A DNA stretch of 64,000 nucleotides, from the IMG/VR virus record IMGVR_UViG_3300032562_000003, positions 62,001 through 126,000 of that record. One strand, 5' to 3'. Position numbers and translations under genes: made by a program. A model generated the notes under the pieces. That model was not told the DNA's origin. It saw only the letters and a list, made by a program, of their open reading frames with translations, and searched no databases. Positions 1 through 8,239 of the stretch are shown here, in pieces (position 1 is the stretch's first letter; every line of letters begins with the position of its first letter).

Positions 1-666
1 GGCGGCTACATACAATGGAAGAATGTATCGATGGACCAGTCACAGCTTTTAAACTTCCTCTATAATGATCCATCAGGATTTATGGACATGATGGGTAGTG
101 AAATTGAAGCAGCAGACAAAAAGTTTAACAAGAAAGACAAGAAGACCAAACTAGTAATTCGTTGGCACGACGCAGGTGACTTCTTCTCTCCACAATATCT
201 TGCAATGGCATATTCACTAGCTAAAAAGTATCCTAAAGTAGACTTCTATGCTTACACAAAATTAGCATCGGTTGCTAAATCAGAAAAGCCTGATAACTTC
301 AAGATTAACTATTCAATGGGTGCAAAACCTTCTCAAGAAAAAGAAATCGATTTTGCTGTTACTAAAAACAGTAGAGTTGTTCCTCGTGAATTATTCACTG
401 ATCTTATTGCTAAAGACGGAGCAAAACTACTGAAGGACGCCAAAGGTCGTATGCAGTTCAAAACAAAACAGGATCTCAAGGCATTCAAAGAACGCCTTGC
501 TGCAAAATACAGTGTAGATCCAAAGTCAATACTAACATACGATGAAATGATGTCAACCCCAGTTAGTTCCGAAAAAAACAAGTACAACGTGATCGTCATG
601 CCGGGAGACGGTGACGACTCTGCAAACAGAAGTGACGTTCTAAACAGCTTCCTGCTAATGCACTAA
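1..666 (+). CDS. Gp88-like phage protein, 5'-truncated by the window edge
   Basis: Frame 1 is open from base 1 (GGYIQWKNVS-MDQ...). Motifs IRWHDAGDFF and FYAYTK are typical of the phage gp88-like family. Confidence 0.6.
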   Translation, partial: GGYIQWKNVSMDQSQLLNFLYNDPSGFMDMMGSEIEAADKKFNKKDKKTKLVIRWHDAGDFFSPQYLAMAYSLAKKYPKVDFYAYTKLASVAKSEKPDNFKINYSMGAKPSQEKEIDFAVTKNSRVVPRELFTDLIAKDGAKLLKDAKGRMQFKTKQDLKAFKERLAAKYSVDPKSILTYDEMMSTPVSSEKNKYNVIVMPGDGDDSANRSDVLNSFLLMH

Positions 667-2000
667 AATTCAAATAAATCTAGGCCCGATAGTTCTTTCT
701 TAGGTTCGAACATCGGGTCTTTTGTTAAGTATGTATCGTTATCCGTATAGATAACTCTGAACTTATGCTTATTGGTTAGAACAGACTTTATGTCATCGAT
801 GCAGATTATCTTTCTACCTAAATCTTTTATAAAATCAGCATACTTTACAGTGGTTTCATTGCATATCTTAGCAGTGCTATTGTTTGACTTCTTTTCAACA
901 AAGTTATTGATACAGTTACTCCAGCTGTGAAATACCGTTGATTCCATAGCTATAGCATTGGATAGTGATCCTACTTGATACCAATCATTTGCAGTAGGGT
1001 ACTTTTCATAAGCAACTATGATGTCATTAGCCATCGTTTTCTTATTGGTTTCAAAAAAGAATTTCTTGTTAAAGTTATTAGTCCATCGCTGATTTTCAAG
1101 CACAAATGTAGGTAATTGTATGTGCTGTTCATAAAAAGCCATGCCATAGCTTTCTACGGTGCTAGGATTAAATGCTATCCTAGACCCTGAAATGAAATCT
1201 ACTTTTTCTTGTCCTATGATCCCTACCTTAATTTCGTATTTGGCATTGATAGTTTTCAGACGATCTTCAAACTTCTTAGCGCCGGTGGCACTGGTCATGA
1301 TACGGGCCGGCAGTTTAACCTGATTTATCAATTCTATAAAAAGTTCGGGCTGTTTTCCGTCTTCCCATCTACCTACAAATAAAATACCCTCGCGAGGTCC
1401 GCTGTATTTTTCGAGCAATCCTTTTTCTGATATAGGAATAGGTAGATACTCTGCGTTAGAGAATGTCGATTGATTAAACCTACTTTGTGTTCCAATAGTA
1501 AGGCTATTCAACTGTAACTGCTCACGCATCATTTCATTGACACTGTCCAAAAAAGGATTTTTAGTATCTTTAAAAATCTGTGATTCTAGGTGAGTGTAAG
1601 CGATATTTTGAATACAATCAGATAATCCTAATGCGGCGGCAACTTGTATAGTTTCATAGGTGTTGCATACAAATGCGTCATAGATGTTAGTTGTTAATGC
1701 TTTAACGATTGCATCTCTAAAGTTAGCCATGCGTTCATAACAATAGCTATCTTCATACATAAAAATTGCACTGTGATCAGTGTATTGAAGCGGAACCTTA
1801 GGATAAATTACATTAACCTTAAGCTCTTTAACAAAATCTTCTGCAAGACCCTGTGGAACTTTATCTGTAATGATATCAACTTTTATGCCATGACTACTCA
1901 TCATTTCACAGAAACTCTTTGCGAATTGTCCAATTCCACCATGCGGAATTAGGGTCTGTGAACTAACCAAAAAGCCAATTCTGTGAGTATATAAGTTCAT
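663..2000 (-). CDS. GT-B (GT4-like) glycosyltransferase with C-terminal extension
   Basis: HGGIGQF N-terminal loop, ILFVGRWEDGKQPE, and PSTVESYGMAFYE (ExFG-type motif). Confidence 0.85.
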   Translation of the reverse strand: MNLYTHRIGFLVSSQTLIPHGGIGQFAKSFCEMMSSHGIKVDIITDKVPQGLAEDFVKELKVNVIYPKVPLQYTDHSAIFMYEDSYCYERMANFRDAIVKALTTNIYDAFVCNTYETIQVAAALGLSDCIQNIAYTHLESQIFKDTKNPFLDSVNEMMREQLQLNSLTIGTQSRFNQSTFSNAEYLPIPISEKGLLEKYSGPREGILFVGRWEDGKQPELFIELINQVKLPARIMTSATGAKKFEDRLKTINAKYEIKVGIIGQEKVDFISGSRIAFNPSTVESYGMAFYEQHIQLPTFVLENQRWTNNFNKKFFFETNKKTMANDIIVAYEKYPTANDWYQVGSLSNAIAMESTVFHSWSNCINNFVEKKSNNSTAKICNETTVKYADFIKDLGRKIICIDDIKSVLTNKHKFRVIYTDNDTYLTKDPMFEPKKELSGLDLFEF

Positions 2001-2230
2001 CTAGCAACCAACAATAGATGATAATCTTGAATCGTGTACCAACGATCTATCCTATAGGTAGTTCCTAATTCATTATATGTTAGTCTCTGCGATATTCTAT
2101 ATGCAGTTTTAAACCAAATCCAATCTCCGCTTTGACTGCACTTGTGTGGAAAGAAACAGAACATTAATCGAATTTCATCTGCACCCCTTATCCAAATTTG
2201 GTTAGCCTCTGTGTTGACCATATGCCACAT
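1997..2230 (-). CDS. Small hypothetical protein
   Basis: Fills the gap between queE and the GT and overlaps the GT start by 4 nt. True start uncertain. Confidence 0.6.
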   Translation of the reverse strand: MWHMVNTEANQIWIRGADEIRLMFCFFPHKCSQSGDWIWFKTAYRISQRLTYNELGTTYRIDRWYTIQDYHLLLVAR

Positions 2231-3112
2231 TTACGTTCCCCATTGGTTCTTCCAGAGCGTGACCTGCAATCTATCACTATAACGAAGCCCATGCTTCATT
2301 GCTGCTAGTGCCACGTTCTTGTTATTCAGTTGATACACACTTTCTACGCCACCAACTGGCATCAGATAAACATCACCCGTAAATCCAGCATCACGGTACA
2401 CTTGAGTCGTTTCTAAGGCCTCATCAATGTCATTTTCTGTAGCTACAACAAACTTTAGATACGTGTGTCCAACTTCCTCATAGCTGCATACGATATCGGG
2501 CTGAATCGCCTTCTCGCGTGCTTCGCCCGAGCAGCTTAGTTTGGCACTGACAGAAAACGTAATCTCACGATCCTTGTCATCTGAACCAAATCCTAACTTT
2601 CCACCTTCATACACCCAATCCTCTAGATAGTGTCTAAGTTCATGAGTAAGCGGCTGGGTGCCATTTGTCTCAAAGGTGATTTCTCGCAGACCCTTCATTT
2701 TGGGATGACTCAACAAAGACGGATATGATCGTTGCCACGTAAGCAATGGTTCTCCGCCAGTAATAACAAGATGCTCTCGCCTCCATTCATTGAACGGTAG
2801 TATTACCATAATGTCATCAACTATTTCATTGACCGTCTTGAATGGAGACAAGTCCTTGAAGCGAGGATCCCAGCTAGCATAACTGTCACACCCGGTGCTG
2901 ACTAATGGTAGAGATTCATAATTTTCATAAGGAGTATTCTTATGAGCGAAGGCGATAGCATCAACCTCGTCACTTAACTCACCTTTGGGCATTCCGAAAC
3001 CAGCACATTTGAAGTTACAGCCAAACGTGCGTAAAAATACCGACGGGACGCCTTGATATCTTCCCTCGCCTTGAATTGAGTAGAATAACTCACTGATCTT
3101 TATTTTTGTCAT
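2231..3112 (-). CDS. queE: 7-carboxy-7-deazaguanine synthase QueE (radical SAM)
   Basis: ISELFYSIQGEG, FLRTFGCNFKC...GCDS, VITGGEPLL, FETNGT, and C-terminal RYSDRLQV. Confidence 0.93.
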   Translation of the reverse strand: MTKIKISELFYSIQGEGRYQGVPSVFLRTFGCNFKCAGFGMPKGELSDEVDAIAFAHKNTPYENYESLPLVSTGCDSYASWDPRFKDLSPFKTVNEIVDDIMVILPFNEWRREHLVITGGEPLLTWQRSYPSLLSHPKMKGLREITFETNGTQPLTHELRHYLEDWVYEGGKLGFGSDDKDREITFSVSAKLSCSGEAREKAIQPDIVCSYEEVGHTYLKFVVATENDIDEALETTQVYRDAGFTGDVYLMPVGGVESVYQLNNKNVALAAMKHGLRYSDRLQVTLWKNQWGT

Positions 3113-3548
3113 TTTCTTCTTTCAAGTTATCATTTTCGGACTTATGCTGATTACTCGACAAGTATCGTATTAGTTCTTTGTCCGTTGGTTGAACCGCATA
3201 GTTATTTTTGAAAAATATTTCATAACTGTCGCTGCCGTATTTACCAATACCATAGAGCATTGTAGCATCATCATGATCCCAATTCAAATAATCTCGGGTC
3301 ATTCCAAGCAATCTTTTTACCCGAACATTAGTCATGCCTAAAGGAGAGACTACACGTTTGATATCGTCTTCGATAGCTAACAGCAACTTCTCAGGTGTAT
3401 CCCAACTCGTTAAAAACTCAGGTAATACTTTCTTTACTTGCTGCCTGGATGTTTGGTTCAACATGATTACTCCGACCATGTGTTGCCATGGTCCTTTTAT
3501 TTGCTGCTGCACCATCAAGTCGGCTCGCATTCTGTTAGATTTATCCAT
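3090..3548 (-). CDS. MBD4-like HhH-GPD DNA glycosylase
   Basis: VGVIMLNQTS and the HhH motif LYGIGKYGSDSY, matching the MBD4 glycosylase signature (LNxT...GIGKYxxDSY). Confidence 0.8.
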   Translation of the reverse strand: MDKSNRMRADLMVQQQIKGPWQHMVGVIMLNQTSRQQVKKVLPEFLTSWDTPEKLLLAIEDDIKRVVSPLGMTNVRVKRLLGMTRDYLNWDHDDATMLYGIGKYGSDSYEIFFKNNYAVQPTDKELIRYLSSNQHKSENDNLKEENDKNKDQ

Positions 3549-3705
3549 GCCAGTGTCTAATTGCGTTTTCGATAATAAAAATGTTGGTAATCACAGACTG
3601 GGTTATTAAGACTGTTCGAATCCAAGCGATCCGATCAGACTCTATATCACAAGGAGAAGCCTTTTCTCCTAAAGCCTTAGCCCATAATCCCCAAAGTTTA
3701 TTCAC
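3541..3705 (-). CDS. 54-aa small phage protein missed by the ORF track (MNKLWGLWAKALGEKASPCDIESDRIAWIRT...)
   Basis: Manual translation. The GTG start overlaps the queD stop, and the stop overlaps the glycosylase ATG, so it is coupled at both ends. Confidence 0.75.
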   Translation of the reverse strand: MNKLWGLWAKALGEKASPCDIESDRIAWIRTVLITQSVITNIFIIENAIRHWHG

Positions 3706-4211
3706 GCAAAAAGGTCCTCATTCCATTCACGGTGCCCTTCTCTGAATGCCATATTGCTTTGAGTCTCGCGCACTTCGACGCGATAGCACCACAGCCGGGC
3801 CGCCTCGGAAGGCCCCCACATTTCAGGAATATAAACTCCATTGACATACTTATAAAGCATGTCGGCTAAGCTTTCGCATCCCAATTTCGGGAGTATAGTT
3901 AACTTCATAAGACCACGCTTTTCTGCTTCTTTATACCAGTCAAGTTCCGGGTCATCAGAACTAACTAATGTGGTATGGTCAAATTGGTCTTCAAGTACCT
4001 TCTTTAGCTCCTTAAGACCGCCATAATCGGCGGCCCAATTACGAACGTCTAGCTCGTTAGTTCCAAAATAGAACTTCATAGAAAAGCTATATCCGTGAAT
4101 CAAATTGCAATGAGAATCTGCTCTCCATTGCCGATAAGCACAAGGAAACGCATCGTGGTATTCCTTTGTACTAGTATATGCATATGATACTGGTTGTAAT
4201 GTCATTTTCAT
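3702..4211 (-). CDS. queD: 6-carboxytetrahydropterin synthase QueD
   Basis: HCNLIHGYS, DQFDHTTLV, GCESLA and VEVRET motifs. Confidence 0.9.
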   Translation of the reverse strand: MKMTLQPVSYAYTSTKEYHDAFPCAYRQWRADSHCNLIHGYSFSMKFYFGTNELDVRNWAADYGGLKELKKVLEDQFDHTTLVSSDDPELDWYKEAEKRGLMKLTILPKLGCESLADMLYKYVNGVYIPEMWGPSEAARLWCYRVEVRETQSNMAFREGHREWNEDLFA

Positions 4212-4217
4212 TCTTTC

Positions 4218-4430
4218 TTACGTAAATCGTTCAACGGTTATGATACCGTAACGATACATTTTTGCTTCACAGCCAATTCTTTCTATGACTGCTTCTGCTA
4301 GCTTAATCATTTTTACACTGTTACCACACAGTATGGTAAGCGGAAACTCCTTCTGATTTAACAGAATGAAGTTTTCCACCATAACATCAACGTCTTGATG
4401 TCGTACACCATGTAAATCTAGATTTAGCAT
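4218..4430 (-). CDS. Small Smr-like domain protein
   Basis: N-terminal LDLHGV and the later ILCGNS resemble the Smr DLHG...ITG-G pattern. Confidence 0.55.
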   Translation of the reverse strand: MLNLDLHGVRHQDVDVMVENFILLNQKEFPLTILCGNSVKMIKLAEAVIERIGCEAKMYRYGIITVERFT

Positions 4431-5104
4431 TTTCCCATTCTTGCAATGCTTAGGAATTCATTTCTAGCAGCAGGGTCAGTCTTGAATCCACCACCTAAAC
4501 GAACAGTTACCGTTGAAGATCCGGTATCCTCAACACCACGCGATTTCACGCAATAGTGCTGTGCATCAATCATAACTGCAACATCCTCAGTATCTAGAAT
4601 AAATTGCAGAGTATGAAATACCTGTTCAGTCAGTCTCTCTTGAATTTGAGGACGCTTACTGAAGTATTCGACAATGCGATTGATCTTAGACAACCCAAGA
4701 ACCTTATCCTTAGGTACATATGCGACCGTCGCAACTCCATCGATGACCACAAAATGATGCTCACAGTTAGATTGAACGTTCACGTTTCGTTCTACTACCA
4801 TTTCGTTATATTTCATCTTATTCTCTACAGTCGTACACTTCGGGAATGCATCATAATCCAAACCCCAAAATATTTCGTTGCAGTACATTTTAGCAACCCG
4901 CTTTGGCGTTTCAGCCAAGCTGTCGTCTGTTAGATCAAGTCCTAACGTTTTCATAATATGTTCGAAATCTCGTTCGATGATTTCAATCTTGTCTTTACGG
5001 TCTAATCCGTTATCTTTAAACGGAGTTTCTACTCCGACTTTAACAAGATGTTCATGGACGCTACGACCCAGATCGGGGTCCGTTTTGGTTTTGTTGTATG
5101 ACAT
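4424..5104 (-). CDS. folE: GTP cyclohydrolase I
   Basis: ETPKRVAKMY, SNCEHH, GLSKINRIVEYFSKRPQIQERLT and HYCVKSRGV. Confidence 0.97.
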   Translation of the reverse strand: MSYNKTKTDPDLGRSVHEHLVKVGVETPFKDNGLDRKDKIEIIERDFEHIMKTLGLDLTDDSLAETPKRVAKMYCNEIFWGLDYDAFPKCTTVENKMKYNEMVVERNVNVQSNCEHHFVVIDGVATVAYVPKDKVLGLSKINRIVEYFSKRPQIQERLTEQVFHTLQFILDTEDVAVMIDAQHYCVKSRGVEDTGSSTVTVRLGGGFKTDPAARNEFLSIARMGKC

Positions 5105-5169
5105 AGTAAATCCTTCCTTACGCGGATGTCAATTTTGAGTGCGTCACCGTTGTGTGACACATGTATTTA
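5105..5169 (-). promoter_or_regulatory. folE leader: TAAATA promoter, two hairpins and SD
   Basis: Minus strand reads TAAATAC-at-GTGTCAC-acaacg-GTGACGC...ATCC-gcgtaaggaa-GGAT-ttact-ATG. Confidence 0.45.
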
Positions 5170-6342
5170 GTACTTTGATTCTCTTGTATATTTTCTATAA
5201 TCCGTACGATCACGATTCCACTTCTCCCCGTTTCCTTCAAGGATATCGCAAATACGATCCACAGTTTTATCGGTCCAATCACTGATCTTGCCCATATTTG
5301 CGTGTGGACGACGCAGCAAAGGATCTAGCTTGTTGATCGCATCTTGAATAGACCACGGAATGTACAAACGCTCAGGATCATTAGCAAAAGTTTCAGGAAA
5401 CGAACGATATGCGGGATACAGCACATTGCAACCCAATGCATCAGCCTCGCTTACAGTGTTGGATACCCAATCTTGTAATGCACAGTTGAAGACTACTCGG
5501 CTATCGTTAACAATCTCATAGTATTGATTCTTTTCCAAATCTTCATATAGCGTTAATTTTCGATCTTCGATCATCTTGCGAGTGCGTTGCATGTAGCTGT
5601 CATTGTTGCTTTTCAGCTTGCTGCCGCTACAAATAACGAATTCTACATTTTTGCTCGGATGTTGCTTGTGCCATTCATCGATCAAATCGAGATAGAAGTC
5701 AGGTTGCTTCTCCTGATCCCAGCGTGCAGAGAAAACAACTCGCATACGACGGTCATTGAACGGCTTGATACGTTCAACTCGACTTTGCACCTCATCCTTA
5801 CCAAAAGCAAGACCGGAAATATTATAGATGGGAGCAGTCCAACCAGCAATGGCCATGTGCGCAACCATTTCTTCATTGGTTGCAAGAACACCGTCGACAA
5901 ATTCGTTAACCATCTTCTCGTAATGCCCCATCCAGCGTTCCATTCCCCATACGTGAACAAAATCATCAGGGTCAATCGTTTGTGCTAGACAGCGAACATA
6001 TACTTTGGGTCTCATGTCATATGGAATCTGATCCATGATATACGGAAGAGACTCAATTCCCGGCTGAAACATATCTTCAAAGTAGATAACATCTTCTTGT
6101 GTGATCTTACCTTCCTTCATCAGCTTTACCAAATTCATCATCTGGCTCATACCGAAATAAGAACGACCATGTGCGTCTAGCACTTGACCAGTTACGATAG
6201 CCTTGCTGCTATCGAGCGTTTCGCCCGGCACCACTATGTAGTCGATGCCCCTACGATCAAAGACTCTAGTATTCCAGTATGTCAATTGGAGAGTGTACCG
6301 AGCCTTATAAGGCTCCAATCCCATATAGTATAGTTTACGCAT
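5167..6342 (-). CDS. GT-B glycosyltransferase (second)
   Basis: VVFSARWDQEKQPDF and NCALQDWVSNTVSEADALG. Confidence 0.82.
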   Translation of the reverse strand: MRKLYYMGLEPYKARYTLQLTYWNTRVFDRRGIDYIVVPGETLDSSKAIVTGQVLDAHGRSYFGMSQMMNLVKLMKEGKITQEDVIYFEDMFQPGIESLPYIMDQIPYDMRPKVYVRCLAQTIDPDDFVHVWGMERWMGHYEKMVNEFVDGVLATNEEMVAHMAIAGWTAPIYNISGLAFGKDEVQSRVERIKPFNDRRMRVVFSARWDQEKQPDFYLDLIDEWHKQHPSKNVEFVICSGSKLKSNNDSYMQRTRKMIEDRKLTLYEDLEKNQYYEIVNDSRVVFNCALQDWVSNTVSEADALGCNVLYPAYRSFPETFANDPERLYIPWSIQDAINKLDPLLRRPHANMGKISDWTDKTVDRICDILEGNGEKWNRDRTDYRKYTRESKY

Positions 6343-6355
6343 AATATTGTCCTAA

Positions 6356-6388
6356 TAAAAAGGTAACGGGTGGTTAACCACCCGTTAC
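6356..6388 (-). terminator. Rho-independent terminator
   Basis: Perfect 26-bp palindrome gtaacgggtggttaaccacccgttac (6363-6388) followed by a T-run on the minus strand. Confidence 0.75.
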
Positions 6389-6402
6389 TGTATGTCGATA
6401 CT

Positions 6403-6636
6403 TTATCGACGGGTATTAAGAAGTTCACGTTCCTTAAACTTCTCTGCATCGATTTCCCATTGATTCTTTGCAGGTTTGCTTGCAACTGTCTTTTGGTACT
6501 GCCGATAGATATAGCTCTTGTTGTTATATAAATCTCGCTCATCATATCGATAACCGTAGTCTCTACAGAAAATACGGTAGTTCTCCAAATCTTCAAAGAT
6601 TTGATTGACGATAGACTTATTGTCGAGCTTTGCCAT
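6403..6636 (-). CDS. Hypothetical protein, 77 aa (MAKLDNKSIVNQ...)
   Basis: SD TAAGGA lies before the ATG at 6636. The longer start at 6735 in the track is unlikely. Confidence 0.7.
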   Translation of the reverse strand: MAKLDNKSIVNQIFEDLENYRIFCRDYGYRYDERDLYNNKSYIYRQYQKTVASKPAKNQWEIDAEKFKERELLNTRR

Positions 6637-6646
6637 TTTTAGTTCC

Positions 6647-6742
6647 TTAGATGGTGAGTTGTTGAGATTGAGTAGTATTATAGAAAATCGTGGCACCGTT
6701 TTCACCGTCTTCTGAAACGGTAATTTCAATATCACGATTTGG
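6647..6742 (-). pseudogene. Orphan duplicate of the dpdL C-terminus
   Basis: Translates PNRDIEITVSEDGENGATIFYNTTQSQQLTI*, versus the dpdL end PNRYIQISVSEDGENGAELTFTTA*. Confidence 0.85.
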
Positions 6743-6817
6743 GTTAAAAATTTTATCTCATACTGGTCTCCTTTAAAGGTTTAGGCATAAATACAATGAT
6801 GAAAGAAAGATTGAACT

Positions 6818-7585
6818 ATGCCTAAACTTCAAGAGCAACATAATTATACTTGCGTATACTGCGGGAATCAAGCAAAATGGATAAGTGTAAATTCTAAGGT
6901 TTTCCGTTGTGTAGAAAAAATTACTCAATGTCCGGGCTTCATCGCAAAGGCAGAATCTTCTAGGAAAAAAAACATTACTCCTGAGGAAAGGAGAGTCCAC
7001 ATGAAGAAGATGAGTGAGGTTGGGAATAAGAAACTTCAGCAACTGCATACTGATCCTAACTGGGTAGAAGAAAAGGGTAAGAAAATTTCTGATGCTTTGC
7101 AGCAACGAGGTGGACATACCGGTGAACGCAATCCGATGTTCAATAAAAAACATACCTCTCATACTAAACAGATGCAATCATCGCGGGCATCAAACAGATC
7201 ACCTGAGTCATATCAAAAAGCTACACTGACAAAAATAGAACGTGGAATTTCTATACCGAAAGAACTCAAGACAGAATGGGAATTATATAGAGAGCAAGTC
7301 ACTAATTTCACTAATACTAGCTGGAAGTATGCAGAACATATTATTAATCCGAACAATCTAAAAAGAGGAAATGAATACGAACTAGATCACCGATTTAGCA
7401 TTACAGAGGGATTCAAACAAAGTATTCCACCTGAAATTATAGGCCATGCTGCCAATCTAGAACTGTTATTAAAAAGCGATAATAGATCAAAACGGACAAA
7501 ATGTTCCATCACTAAAGAAGAACTTTATGCTGTGGTAAAAGTTAGTTCTGCTCCATTTTCTCCGTCTTCACTCACTGATATTTGA
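6818..7585 (+). mobile_element. Free-standing HNH homing endonuclease (antisense)
   Basis: ELDHRFS...GHAANLELLLKSDNRSK, a NUMOD3-like NPMFNKKHT segment, an N-terminal CxxC, and its own TAAATA at 6788-6793. Confidence 0.85.
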
Positions 7586-7971
7586 ATATATCTGTTAGGA
7601 TATTTAGACGCAATAACTTCATATAAATCTTCTGCTATCATTTCGCAAGATTTATAATCTAATTGCAAAACGCCGTTACCGTATAAACTTTCCAACCAAC
7701 GCTTGAATTGTATAAATTCAATTGCTCGGTTAGAATGCTCTACCGCAATCGCCACCTTAAAATGAAAGATATGTCGGTGAGGATGTGCCAGAAAACTAAC
7801 GTCATATTCATCGCCAGTCTTAAGGTTGGGATCGTCTTCAGCAGCAGGATACCTATGAATGCCTTCGCGTTGAAAGGTCACCCACACTTTACGCTTTGCC
7901 CTTGCGGAGATTCTATTTCGTTGATCGGCTAGAGCCTGAATAGCTTGTTCGGGTAAATTATTAGTATTCAT
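7525..7971 (-). CDS. dpdL: QueD-paralog T-fold protein, DpdL-like (predicted CDG decarboxylase)
   Basis: FLAHPHRHIFHF fits LxxxHRHxF; also IEFIQFKRWL and SCEMIAEDL. Start reassigned to MNTNNL at 7971. Confidence 0.72.
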   Translation of the reverse strand: MNTNNLPEQAIQALADQRNRISARAKRKVWVTFQREGIHRYPAAEDDPNLKTGDEYDVSFLAHPHRHIFHFKVAIAVEHSNRAIEFIQFKRWLESLYGNGVLQLDYKSCEMIAEDLYEVIASKYPNRYIQISVSEDGENGAELTFTTA

Positions 7972-7978
7972 TATTTCT

Positions 7979-8173
7979 TCAGTAATCATTATATTCAATA
8001 ATATCAGACATTTGACGTTCTTGCAAGCGCTTAGCTGCCCGAAGTTCTTCAAAGGTATGTATACGTTGCATAGCCAGAATTTTTCGCACCGGCTCTTTTG
8101 TTTCATTGGCAATTTGTTCAGTTAGCAAATCCAGTTCGACTTGCAGAAGATTAATTTTGCTGGTCAAGTTCAT
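7979..8173 (-). CDS. Small coiled-coil hypothetical protein
   Basis: 64-aa ORF in operon order, with SD GGAG upstream. Confidence 0.65.
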   Translation of the reverse strand: MNLTSKINLLQVELDLLTEQIANETKEPVRKILAMQRIHTFEELRAAKRLQERQMSDIIEYNDY

Positions 8174-8239
8174 TTTTATACTCCACTGCTTAAGATTTAT
8201 TTTAACGTTTGTGTATATAATTTCAACCTATTTGGATAA

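Noticed and set aside
5105-5169. preQ1 riboswitch upstream of folE
   Set aside because: Lacks the preQ1-I stem with its conserved loop and 3' A-rich tail; kept only as an unassigned structured leader.
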